DNA of 64,000 bases from Lama glama (Eukaryota). The number at the start of each line of letters is the position of its first letter. Position 1 is the stretch's first letter. Of the stretch, positions 1 to 11,545 are shown in pieces. The notes under the pieces are model-generated. The model made no database searches. It had not been told where the DNA came from and saw nothing but the letters and a program-made list of their open reading frames with translations. The DNA lies in contig CM052817.1 of NCBI GenBank assembly GCA_028534125.1, positions 65,536,001 through 65,600,000 on the forward strand. The letters are read 5' to 3'. The position numbers and the translations under genes are program-made.

Positions 1-715
1 CCCCAAACAAAAAGATGTAAAAGTTGATGTCAAAAGCATTAAATATATATATATATATATATTTATGTTGTTATATAAAAACTTCCTGGTAATCACAAAC
101 CAAAAATCTGTAACAGTTACAAACAAACAAAAGAAAAAAAATCCAAACAAAACACCAAAGATTGTCATCAAATCATAAGGAAAAGAGCAAAAGAAGAAGA
201 AAAAAAACAAAAAAGAACCAGAAAACAATTAACAAAATGAAAATACATACACACCTATCAATGATTACTTTAAATGTAAATGAACTAAATGTTCCAATCA
301 AAAGACATAGAGTGGCTGATTGGATTAAAAAAACAAAAATAATAAGACCAACATTTATGCTGCCTACAAGAGATTCACTTCAGATTTAAAGACACACATA
401 GATTGAAAATGAGAGAACGGAAAAAGTATTTAATGTAGATGCAAACGAAAAGAGAGCTGGTGTAGCAATACTCGTAACAGACAAAGACTGTAGCAAAAGA
501 TGAAGAAGGACTTTACATAATGATTAAGGGATCAATCCACAGAAAGATAAAATAATTGTAAATATATATGCACTCAATATAGGAGCACCAAAATATATAA
601 AACAAATATTATCAAATGTAAAGGAGAAACTGACAGCAACACAATAGTAGAGTACTTTAACACCCCAAATGCATCAACTACCAAAACTGAGTCAGGAAGA
701 AATAGAAAATCTACA
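1..715 (+). mobile_element. LINE-1 fragment (inter-ORF region and ORF2 endonuclease N-terminus, decayed)
   Basis: ORF 162-389 contains LSMITLNVNELNVPIKRHRVADWIKK, typical of the L1 ORF2 endonuclease start; downstream frameshifts. Confidence 0.9.
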
Positions 716-1040
716 TGGAAACAAACAGACTGCTAAATATTTCTCCAACAGAGATGTGTTTATTTGGGACCAGAGGAGAACTGCAATTCAAGGTCTGCAA
801 ACATGCAAGTTCCCCCATGGCAAGGGAAGAAGAACACTTTTATAGAGGGGGAAAAAGAAGTTAGGAGGGCAATAATGAACAGAGTCCATGGCTTTGTATT
901 GGCTGACTCCTTGCCAGGAAAGAAAAGGAGTCTTCTTCGTACTGAGCTCAGCTACTGTCCCACTGTTGTCCCAAGGTGTGAGAGCTCCCCCTCTTGGTGC
1001 ATCGACTCTATTTAACTGAGGTTTCTGTTTATTAATTTTT
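716..1040 (-). mobile_element. Probable LTR fragment, family not identified
   Basis: Abrupt composition change between two L1 pieces. The minus strand has AATAAA (759-764) and ends in ...gtttCCA at 716, like an LTR 3' end. Confidence 0.4.
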
Positions 1041-1574
1041 GAAAATACTCAAGAGAAATGAAAACACATGGGTACATGAAAACTTGCACATGAATGCTCT
1101 TAGCAGCATTATTTACAACAGGCAAAAAGGCAGAAACAACTCAAATGTCCATCAAGTAAGAAATAGATAAGTAAAATGTGGTATAGCCACACAATGAAAT
1201 ATTATTCAGTCATAAAAAAGAATGAACTACAGATACATGTTATAGCATAGTTGAACCTAAAAACATTATGCTAAGTGAAAGAAGCCAGACACAAAAGCTC
1301 ATATATCATATGATTCTATTCATGTGAAATCTCTAGAATAGGTAAATAAATCTATAGAGACACAAAGTAGGCTAGTGGTTTCTAAGAATTGGGGGGAAGG
1401 GTAAATGGGGAGGGATTGGTGATAGATGCAGGGTTTTTTCTTGGGGGGATGAAAATGTTCTGGAATTAGATAATGGTGACGGTTGCACAATCTTGTGAAT
1501 ATACTAAAACCCACTGAATTATATACTTTAAAAAGGTGACTGTTATGGTATGTGAACTATACACATTAAAAAAA
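1041..1574 (+). mobile_element. LINE-1 3' end (L1MB-like)
   Basis: Typical old L1 3' sequence (aactcaaatgtccatca... ggtgacggttgcacaatcttgtgaatatactaaaacccactgaatt) ending in an A-tail about 25 bp from EMCN exon 3. Confidence 0.88.
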
Positions 1575-1599
1575 GGTGGCAAAACAAAGCATTACTCAT

Positions 1600-1683
1600 C
1601 TTCATCTTTAACTGTTGTGGTTAATGAAGAAACTATTGTTGGTGGTTTTGGAGGTGTTTTTAAGGATTCCTTGTTGGTAGTTC
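1600..1683 (-). CDS. EMCN: Endomucin exon 3 (mucin domain); donor site non-canonical
   Basis: Acceptor ...caaactag|; 84 nt in frame: (G)TTNKESLKTPPKPPTIVSSLTTTVKDE(G), similar to human GTITNELLKMSLMSTATFLTSKDEG. The position after GAA G reads ATGAGT, so the 3' boundary is inferred from homology and phase. Confidence 0.8.
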
Positions 1684-1868
1684 CTAGTTTGATAAGATAG
1701 ATGACATTATTATTAATTGCAGTTTCATCTCCCCTGTCATGGAATAAATAAAAGTAAGTCAAACCTAAAGGTAGGTAAGCCTTTGTCTTTAATTTTGCCA
1801 TTTTCCAGCTTCTTTTGGTCAAAGTGAGGAATGTAAGTATGTAAGGGCTGAATGCTTGGGTGGCTCTA

Positions 1869-1874
<6 letters not shown>

Positions 1875-1910
<36 letters not shown>
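1875..1910 (+). repeat. (CA)18 microsatellite
   Basis: Perfect dinucleotide run. Confidence 0.97.
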
Positions 1911-1911
<1 letters not shown>

Positions 1912-4900
1912 TTTTGTATAGTAGACCCAAAAAGCAAATTTTCACTGCATATTGTTACCTGGATCTCTTTAAATATGCAAAAAAAATTGTAAAAAATGAA
2001 TGATTTAAAATAATTTTATTTTTCAATGACCTGATCAATAGGACATAGGAGTAATGTGCCTTCTTTTTTCAAAATTACATTTCATTTTATTGACTTAGTT
2101 ATGACCTGAAACTTCCAAATAAACATAAATCATAAAAGAACTTACAAACTCCTGTAATTAATTAATTTTTTCATTTATGAAACAATAATTGAGTTCCCAC
2201 TCTGTACAAGGCCCTCTACTGGACTCTTAAGGGAAGTATCTAACTCTTAGTCATCTTTTTATTCTGAGTCATATGAAGAGTCATTCCTGGCATACAGTGG
2301 GCATGTAGTAAACATTGTTTCAGATGAGGTGGCACTCACACAGGACAGGAGGACCAACACAAGGACAGAGATCTACTTTAAGTAGTGAACACAACTTACC
2401 AGTGTGATACCCATAATAGTCAGCATTCCCCTTTTTCTTAACACACGTTAGCATGTCCTTTTGTGATTAAGGGCAAGGGTGCCATTTTTACTATGTGGCA
2501 TATATAGAATCTTGGTTCTCATATATATATATGCATGCTATATTTGAGGGAGGGACTATCTGGATCTGCACGGTTTACCTAATACTTTAAAACCCTAGTC
2601 TAGGGGAGAGTTTTCAAGGGTAAGCTGGCTGGAGCTGATTGTCAGAATAAACTAGAGATCATAAGAGGAAGATAGAGCTTTGGAGGATTGTTGAGGACAA
2701 ATGCCTCTAAGCAGGTGGTGAAGGTTTGTCTACTGCTCACTCTTCTGTCCTCATTGCTTTTAGGGAGTATAGGTTATTACAGCAATGGAAAGGGGCTGTA
2801 ATAAGCAGATTCTATGAATTATAATGTGGAGGGTATCAAAGCACTTGAGATTTTCTAAAAGTTTTCTACACCCATATGTGATTGTATTTTAAAAGAAGAA
2901 ATCAACAAAGGAATCATTATCCTTAAAAGCTTAGGGTTGAGATTTTGCATTGCCCACTCACATGATCCCAGCATCTTAAGGTAAATACGTTAATGGTATA
3001 AATGAAGTGTCCCCTCCAGCCAAATGTGGTGCTTTTGTTTTCACTTCATCACTACTCTTAGGTTCTTAGTACCAAAAACAGGCTTAATTGAATTTTTACA
3101 ATCACCCTGCCATGAGTTTTACTGGCATACGTGTCCTATATTTCTTAAAAATTCAAGACACAGAGATGATTACAGGAAATAATTAGGACACATAATGGTA
3201 AATAGAAAAAAAATGTCAAATGTGTAGAATCTTTGAGTTTCTGAAGCCTTTGACCCTTTTCTTTTAGACCTTGGTCTAAAAGATCCTGACTTCACATTTG
3301 ATACAGGGAAGAGATGTAACAAAGTTGAGCTTTGGCACAAGTATTCAGCTCAAGTTTTGTATTTGGCTTCAGTTTCAGCTTTGGTCTTTAGAAAACGGAA
3401 TAGCTAAGTGGCTGTACATTTCTGGTGCTCCTGAACTTGTGTGTAACAGTGATCTTGTGATGTTGCTGATGATCTCTAGATCCAATCAGTGTAACAGTAT
3501 TGAGAACATAAATAGGACATAATTTATTTTGAATTTGTTATTAATGTATGAATATTCACTTTCAAATACGGGTAAGCATTCCACATATAATTTTTAGTGA
3601 AATTCTTCTTATGTGCTAAATACGTTAAAATTCTATAGTATAAATGCATCCTTATTATTGAAAAATTAGAATGTTGCATTAGCTATTGAAGTTTGTGAGT
3701 TCTGTTAATTTTATGCACAAAACAATGTTTAAATACTATAAAGTAGTTAACAAAAGAAATAGACTGAATTTAATATGAACATTAAGAATGCTATGGCTAT
3801 ATATATCTTCAGGGGTATTATATTATTTTGAGTCAACAAATATTTATAAAAGATTAAATCAAAATAATATTATAATTTTACTCTCTATAAAATTGTCTAG
3901 TGAACTATCATTCATAACACTTTCCAATATAATCTTTTAGAGCTATATTTAATTCCATTTTAGGACACAAGGGTTTTAAGAAAGTGTCTAATTTGTAAAC
4001 ATTTCATATCATTAGAAGAAAAACTAAAAGTAAAATGTCAACTTTATCACTTCAAAATTCTATGAAAAGGAAAAACCAAAAAAAGTCATGTACAAAGATA
4101 TCCCAGGTAGTTCATCTTCAATTCAAACTTAACAAAGAATATAAAGATAGTGGATAAAAGAAGAAAGACCTGGAGAAAAATGAGGTCCCTAAACCTATTT
4201 TTTGCCCCATTAATCATATAAGAAAATTTATAAGAATGTCTTTTGAAAGTCTGTTCTTTATAGTCTTCTCTTAGTTAACTGGCACCCTGTATGGGAGAGG
4301 TGGCCAAAAATATCTGGCCCCTCTACTGACCTCAGCTGAAATTGAATATCTATTTAGTATCAAAATTCTGAAGTATCAGTGCTGAGAAAGTTTTATTTCT
4401 GCGTTATAATTCAGCTCATTAAATTTTTTTGACTGTTAATTGTTTTAATAATTACATTTCAAGAATGACATTTTGGGTTTATTGCTAAATCTTTGAAGTC
4501 CATTTCACGATGATAACATTCAGTGTCTGCCAAATGTTGATTTCAACTCTGGCTACTTGGCCTTAGAACAAAATGGGCAGAGCACTTGATACACGTCTAG
4601 AAAGAGATCAAGTCCCATCTCTCTAATTGGGTGAACCTTTGAAATCAAGCTCTGCTCTGGGCAAAGCTCTGTCAGTCACCTCTGCCACTGTGACTGTGCT
4701 GCTGTGAGAAGCCCATCTCAGCTGCACATTTTCTACTTTTCTGATGGTAGAATTTCTGCCATTGTCAGAAGGAAGAAAATGTACATGTTTTAGATAGACA
4801 TAAGCACTAGTTAATCAAATGTCTTTTGATCCTTAAAATCTGAGTGGGAAACCTTAAAATGAAAATAAAGAAGCTTCTCCACATTGTATTTTGGAGTGGG

Positions 4901-5724
4901 GGCATAGTAAATCATTTGATTGTGTCTTAAATGATCATGGTGGCCATGAGCAAGGGGGAATAAAGAATCATTTCACTGTAGGTATACTTTTTGTGGTATT
5001 ATTGCACAATCTAAAAGTGGTGATCTTGGAGGATGAGACAATGTATAAAACTCCCCCAAATGTAAACTCCTCACAAGTTTGAAGCCAGAAAGCCATATAT
5101 AGTGATATACTGCTTAGAATATGAGAGTTTGAGACATATTTCCATGTTCTTCCTTACCTGTGCTTTAATCATAGTCTTTAGGAACCTGGGCAATATCCGT
5201 ATACAAAACCCAACTCACCTACACTCTTCATACACAAATGGTGATCAAGTAAGCCAGATAAAAAGTAGTTCCTTTCTCTCCTCTCTCCTCCTCCTTGTTC
5301 CTCTATTTTCCTACAAGCACAGCGGACCCCCAGCTGCCAGGCTCCATACCCCTCTTCCACCACGTTGGACCTGTCTCTCCTCCTGGACCGCAGTCACTCG
5401 TGGACATCAGAGCCTGCCCTTCGTCCCCTTTATCTTCATCTGTCCTCCACCATCGATTGCTCTCTCAGCTAGTTTCCTGAGATCCCAGAACGTCCTCATT
5501 TCTTTCCCTTCACCCCTCTCCCACTGCTATATTCATGGTTACCAGATTTTAACCCTTAAAACCTTCTGAAATGGAGTTTAAATGATATTAATGCATTACT
5601 ATTACTTTGGGAGATTTGATAATGACATTGTAGCTTTGTAATAAATTGACCTTATTTGTTGTGATGCACTCTTAGTGTGCAGAGGTAAAATGGCAAAAAT
5701 CTGAATTCCCTTCAAAATATTTGA

Positions 5725-5885
5725 AAAGGAAATAAGAAGAGAGAGAAAAGAAAAAGGAAGAATGGATGCAAGCAAGGAAAAGAGGAAAAAAGGAAGGAGA
5801 AAGAAAGGAAAGGAGGAAAGGAGAAGGAAAGAAAGAAGAAAAAAGGGAGGAAGGAAAGAAGGAGAAAGAAAAAGAAAAATGAAGC
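5725..5885 (+). repeat. GA-rich low-complexity tract
   Basis: Almost pure purine (aagg/aaag/gaaa units). Confidence 0.9.
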
Positions 5886-7872
5886 AAAGGGGGTAAAATC
5901 TTGATAAGTATTGATTCTGAGAGATGAGCATGGAAATGAATTCCAGTACTCTCTGCTGGTGGGTACATCTGGACGTTTTTATAACAAAAATAATAAAAGA
6001 AAATTTTTACAATTGAATTTGAATAATTTGAAACTCATCTGGAGAACTTTTGAAGAATACAGACAGACCAGAGTTTATTTTTTATTAATTAACATAAAGT
6101 AGTAAAAGTGCTCCCCAAAATGAATTAGGAGAAACATGTGTGTGTGTGTACATGATTTTGAATGTGCACTTGTTTCAGAGAAAGGTGCTTCAGTGCCCCA
6201 CTGCAGAAGCCACCCGTGGTAAAGCTGATAGAAAGTCTCCCCAGTTATCTTTTATATGAGTAGGTATAGAGTTTCCCTTCCAAGTCAGAGCGGTATAATG
6301 CACTTCTGGTACCAAAAATGACAATTCTGAATTCATTCACCGAGCCTGAGCCCCCCACCTCTGCCCTTTCCCGGTCACTGAACATAGTGATTAGGACTTG
6401 TGTTATTATTTGGACAATGTTATTCACCATAGATCGCTGTAGGCAGGACTAGAGATCTCCCCACTGAGAAAACATAATTTCCAAGTAGTTAATATAAAAA
6501 TTGTTGAACTTCAACCCTTCGGGTGTTCATGCAGGGTCAGCATCTCTCTTCTCTGTATTGGTACTTTTGGGAGCATATGATTGATTGCAAAGTAATATAC
6601 TTTTACCAAATTAGTGCAGTTTTATGCCAAGGACTCAACTGGCAACTCACAAAAAGAGAGAGAGAGAGAGAAGGAGCAAATAGTTACACCCTGTAAAAGC
6701 ACTAGAATACCACCACTTAAACTCTGGGAATATAGGGCTTAGACAATTTTTTTAAATAAAATATAAAACACAGTGTGCAGGGTGTTGGCTGGAGGCCTCG
6801 TGGGCCCTGGTTTCCTGATTGTGTCATTTGGACTTTCTCTTGGTTGGCAATAAAGTGTGTACCACATTCTGAGAATAAAATCCCCTGTGCTGCCCTCACT
6901 GTGTACTGCTTTCTGCTGGTTTGGTAGAGTTCTAAGGAGAACTGGTTTGTCTCCACATTAGAATTAGACATTTCAGAAATAATGCACTGTATTCATAACA
7001 CCGTGTTTCTCCATGAATCACCATCCGATTTGAATCCAGTGAGCTAGCCCTCATCAGTCATCTGCATGTCTTAGAACAAAAGTTAAATGAAGAATAGAGA
7101 GGCAAGGAAGTCAGCAGTGGGAATGTCAGTTCATTAGGGTGTTTGCTTTTGAGATCTTTCTGTGACCTTAGCTGCTAACCAGGTTTCTGCCCATAGGCAA
7201 TCCATAAACACTTCTGTTGCCCACCGCCGCTGATTACTAGACCTGAATGATATGCCTCATTTTATGTATTGCAGGATGGACAATGCAGTTTGCACAGAAT
7301 TGATAACCCCTTAAGTTTTTAATTGACTGATCCTAATGGCTCATTGTATTTTCATGGATAATAAGGTCATCCCTTTAATACCAAGGGCCATAAAATATGA
7401 TACAGTTGTCACTCAGTCCAACAGCAATCATGATGACATTGCTACTGAGGTTTATAAATTAAATCTATTATCAGCCTAATGTAACTAATAAAATCGGTCT
7501 GTTATTAATACAGTTTCACCTTGTTAGCTGTGCTACTTAGGTGGAGAACTGGAATATTTAGAAAGGTATTTTTATGACTGAGGAATGATCATTTTTTTTC
7601 TCTAAAAATAAACTTTGTATATGTAACATTCACACTACGATCATTCTCAAACAGGAAGTAATCCAAAGGGATGTAATCAAAGAAACCCACTGTGATCTCA
7701 GGGCTTTGTAGTCAACACAAAATAACACATGAATTTCAAAATAGTGAAATAGCACAGACCATCCAAACGACAGATAAAAGACCCCAAATTATTTTCCTAT
7801 GATTAAATAATAAAGGTGCTACTAACTTTATTTGCTAAAGTTAGAGTAAATTTCAAGAAGAATTAATCCTAC

Positions 7873-8004
7873 CTTTAGGAGTCGTTCCACCTGTTGATTT
7901 CCCAGCAGGACTTGTCAATGTCCCCTCACGTGATGTTGGCATGGGTGTAGAGGTTACTGTAGAGGTTATTGTAGAGTTTGTCGATGGTGATGAAGCAGGA
8001 GGTT
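7873..8004 (-). CDS. EMCN: Endomucin exon 2 (S/T/P-rich mucin domain)
   Basis: Acceptor ...aaatacag|, donor AAG|gtagga; 132 nt, phase 1-1, open in frame with exon 1: (E)PPASSPSTNSTITSTVTSTPMPTSREGTLTSPAGKSTGGTTPK(G). It ends in GTTPKG as human EMCN does. Confidence 0.9.
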
Positions 8005-9143
8005 CTGTATTTTTGATTTGGGGAAAAAAGTAAATTGCGTTAAAATAGTTACATTAAAATTTACATTTATTTTGCCAATCAACAAACTAGACTAGTATAA
8101 AGTAAATTGTATGTATACTGCTGCAGCAGGGTATGGATTTGGAATTAATTTTCTTTTCTTCTTTTTAATTTTTTAATTGAAGTATAATTGATTTACAATG
8201 GAATTATTTTTCTAATTATAATGAATTCAGCCTTGAGTTCAGCATTCATTCACTAACTCCATCTACTTCTCACCAATGGCATGAATTTTCAAGATGGCTG
8301 GCAGGAGCCATGTGTGGTTCCACAGTAAAATAATATCTGACAGAACTGGGGAGGAGTAAACATGTAAATGTGAAATATAACAATATTCTTAAGCCAACTA
8401 AACGAACATTGTCAGATGAAATAATTAAATAGGCATTTTCTAGGCAGTGGATATTCTGCTAAATGTTCTTGTAGTATGTTAATTTAAAGTTACTAAGTAC
8501 TAAAACGTCATATTAGTACATCTCTTCTTGTATATAGCATTTTCCTCTTTCTCTCTCCTGTCTGCTCTCTCTCTACACATATGTATATGTATACATACAT
8601 ATATACTACTTATATATATACATATTCCAAAAAGACAATATATTTTAAAGAAATTCAACAATTGCAACATATCTTCATTTTTGGCTATGGAGCCACCATA
8701 AATCTGTGTTTTCAAATGATTTATTTCTCTCAATTGTAATAATCAAAGACACAGAAGTAAAGGCAATACATTTTATACATTGTTATGTATATCATATATT
8801 TATTTTTAATAATTTTTAGCAATAGAAAGTCAACATCTTAGAATTTTTAAAAATTACTATAATTCTTAAAATTTCCATTGCAATATTATTATTTTTTTCA
8901 AAGTGCAGTATGCAGGACTTAATACTCAGTGATCTGTGGAAAGATTTGTTTCACACAACATTACTGTAATTTATTGGTGTTGTATAATCTTTTTAATCCT
9001 GTATTTGTTGGACTTCTCTCTGTATACTCACTGTTAAGTTGAAGATCAAAAAACAGCGAACAAATATCTACAAATAATGTGGAAAAGTATTCCTGTTCAT
9101 GGGAAGCATTATTTTTATGATGTTACTTCATCTGTATACAGAA

Positions 9144-9361
9144 CAGTTGACCCTTGAACACCTTGAGGGTTGGGGGTGCAGACCCTCCACATAGTTGAAA
9201 ATCTGAGGATATCTTACAGTCAGCCCTTCCTATTAAAAGTTTCTATGCATCCAAAGATTCAACCAACTTCAGATTGTGGAGCAGTAGTATACACTGTTGA
9301 AACAAATCCATGTATAAGTGGACCCAAGCAGTTCAAACCCATGTTGTTCAAGGGTCAACTG
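9144..9361 (+). mobile_element. Tigger2-family MITE (MER8-like)
   Basis: Terminal inverted repeats CAGTTGACCCTTGAACA...TGTTCAAGGGTCAACTG, followed by TA. Confidence 0.88.
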
Positions 9362-10619
9362 TATGTAGAGTCAGTACGACATTAGTTAAGAGGATGGACT
9401 TTGAGTAACAAAGACTTACTTTCAAATCCCAAACTGGGTATATAATTACAGTAAATGTATGTCATTAATATGACTTTTCAAATTTAAATTTCATCCAAAA
9501 TTTTGAATCTGAGAAAAGGCAATAAGCTGGCAAGTCAATGAAAAGCCATATTTCAGATGTCATGAGCTAGAGTGTACTTCCTGTTTCATTTTACAGACTT
9601 GACGGGCTTGGAAGCATTAGCGCTGACTTTGTTTATTATAGGCAGTACAAGAAATTGCTTGAGGTATTCAGTGCATACAGAGTGTTCAGCACAGACGGGA
9701 ATGACAGAACTGCCTTTTCACAGGCTTTACGGAAATCAAGTCAAAAGCTTTTTTCACCTCGAGGTACACTTCACACCTTGGTCTTACTTTCCTCCACTCC
9801 CCCAGCGCCACCCCCCCAGCAATATGCAGCAGGGGAAGGAACACAGCATGCACGAGGTTACCTTTGCTCTGTTAGGCATTTTGTTCTCATTATCTTTCCT
9901 TTTGGCCTAGCATCCATGATGTAACACTAATTTCTAAGGTTAAATTGAGGTTGAGGGAGTAGTTATTCAAAGAAGCATATCCCACTTGGACTGAAACTCT
10001 AACCTGCAAATAACTTGAATGATCTCTATCTGTTGACTTGCTTAATAGCAACAACCTTAATTTCTGAGCATAATCAACATTTCCAGAGATATTTATTGTA
10101 TTTCTTGCCTCCTTCTCTTACTTCCTTATTTCCTTCTTTCTTGCCTGTTTTTGCTTCCACACACACTTACTGGGTAACTAATATAAAAAGCACAGTTAGA
10201 TACTGTAAAAGATGCTATGTTGTACCACATCACATCACCCTTGCCCAGCTTTGCCTCCGGAAGGGAACATAATGCCTGTACACAATAAAAAGTAAAGAAC
10301 ATCCTGTATGAGTTGTGCAGACCAGTGTTTTTCAAACTCCAGGCCATGATGCAAGTAAAGAGTAATTTAAATCTATTTAATGGATTGCAGTCAGAGCTTT
10401 TGCCAAATGAAAGAGAAAAGAGACAGTATTAGAGTAATATTACAACTAATGAGGGCTAGTATTGTTTCGTGAAACTTTTGTTTAGGAGAGTGTGTGTGTA
10501 TTTGAATAAAATGTGTGTCAGTGCAAAATACATTTCTTATTATGATTCCAGCTAAAAAAATTTGAAAGCTAAGGGACAAAAAATAATTGGGGCAAGAGTT
10601 GGTAAGATAAAAGATGACC

Positions 10620-10960
10620 GCCTACTGGCATGAGCAAGGAAAACTTCATGAGAGAGTTGACATAGGAGCTGGAGCTGGAAGAGTAAGTGGTGTGTCCACC
10701 CAGGAAGAGGAAAAAGCCTGGGCAAAGGTCTGAAGTGGGGGAGTGAGAGGTATTTGAGAGGACTACGACCAGTTCTGTTTGGCTGGATTGCTGTATGCCA
10801 TGACAGGACATGATGGACGCTGTCTGGTAAAATTCTGGAGGCCAGATCATAAAGGACCTTGAGCATCAAGCCAGGGACTTGGGACCTTATCTACGAGTCA
10901 GTGGGGAGCCCTGAGAAGTGATCAAATGGAAATTCTACTGTTGGGAAAATGATGGAGAAA
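10620..10960 (-). mobile_element. L2 fragment
   Basis: Purine-rich degenerate L2-like text (ggccagatcataaaggaccttgagcatcaagccagggacttggg...gagtcagtggggagccctga). Confidence 0.6.
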
Positions 10961-11319
10961 TGAGTAGGGCAGAGAAGGAAGAGACACCAGTTGAACTCAA
11001 CCAGAACCCCCATATTTCTGTTTACTAATGTCATCAGCCCTCCTCAAGTCATCAAGTGAGATCAGTGAGTTCACACCTGTAAAATGACTGCAGGCAAACT
11101 ACGAGGTGGCAAACTTTGAGCTACTTCTATGTTAAGATTAAGATGTACTGTAAGGCTTTTCCTCCTCACCTTCCTTCTACACTTTTCGCCACTGATTTCC
11201 CTAAGTAAAACCTTAGTCCATTAGCATGCACTTAATGTCTCCATTATTAGTTCTTCAAATTGTTCAACAGAGAGAATTCCCTGTTTTGGCAAGGACTGGC
11301 AAACAACCCCTAAAAATAC

Positions 11320-11545
11320 TGATTGTCACTATGTGTCAGGTAACATGTAAGTACCCTGTGGACTATCTCATTTAAGCCTAAGAAAGACCCTACAATGCTC
11401 AGCCCCTTTAAGGTCATCATGTTAAGAGGACATTGAGGCTCAAAACTGGTAAGCAGCTTGCCCACATTATACACCAGGAAGTGATACAGCTGGAATTTTA
11501 GTCCAGACACCCTTGACTCCATAGTATATACCTTTAACCATCAGA
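11320..11545 (-). mobile_element. MIR SINE
   Basis: Reverse MIR core: gaggacattgaggctcaaa...gtaagcagcttgcccacattatacaccagg...gctggaattttagtccagac. Confidence 0.75.

Noticed and set aside
1684..1945. Upstream part of the 117-aa ORF 1592-1945
   Set aside because: Intronic read-through across a (TG)n microsatellite; only 1600-1683 is exon.
5602..5968. Phe/Leu/Ser-rich ORFs resembling membrane proteins
   Set aside because: Artefact of translating the GA-rich low-complexity tract.
6245..6430. 61-aa ATG-initiated minus-strand ORF in intron 2
   Set aside because: No recognisable family, no supporting exon structure, and a length expected by chance.
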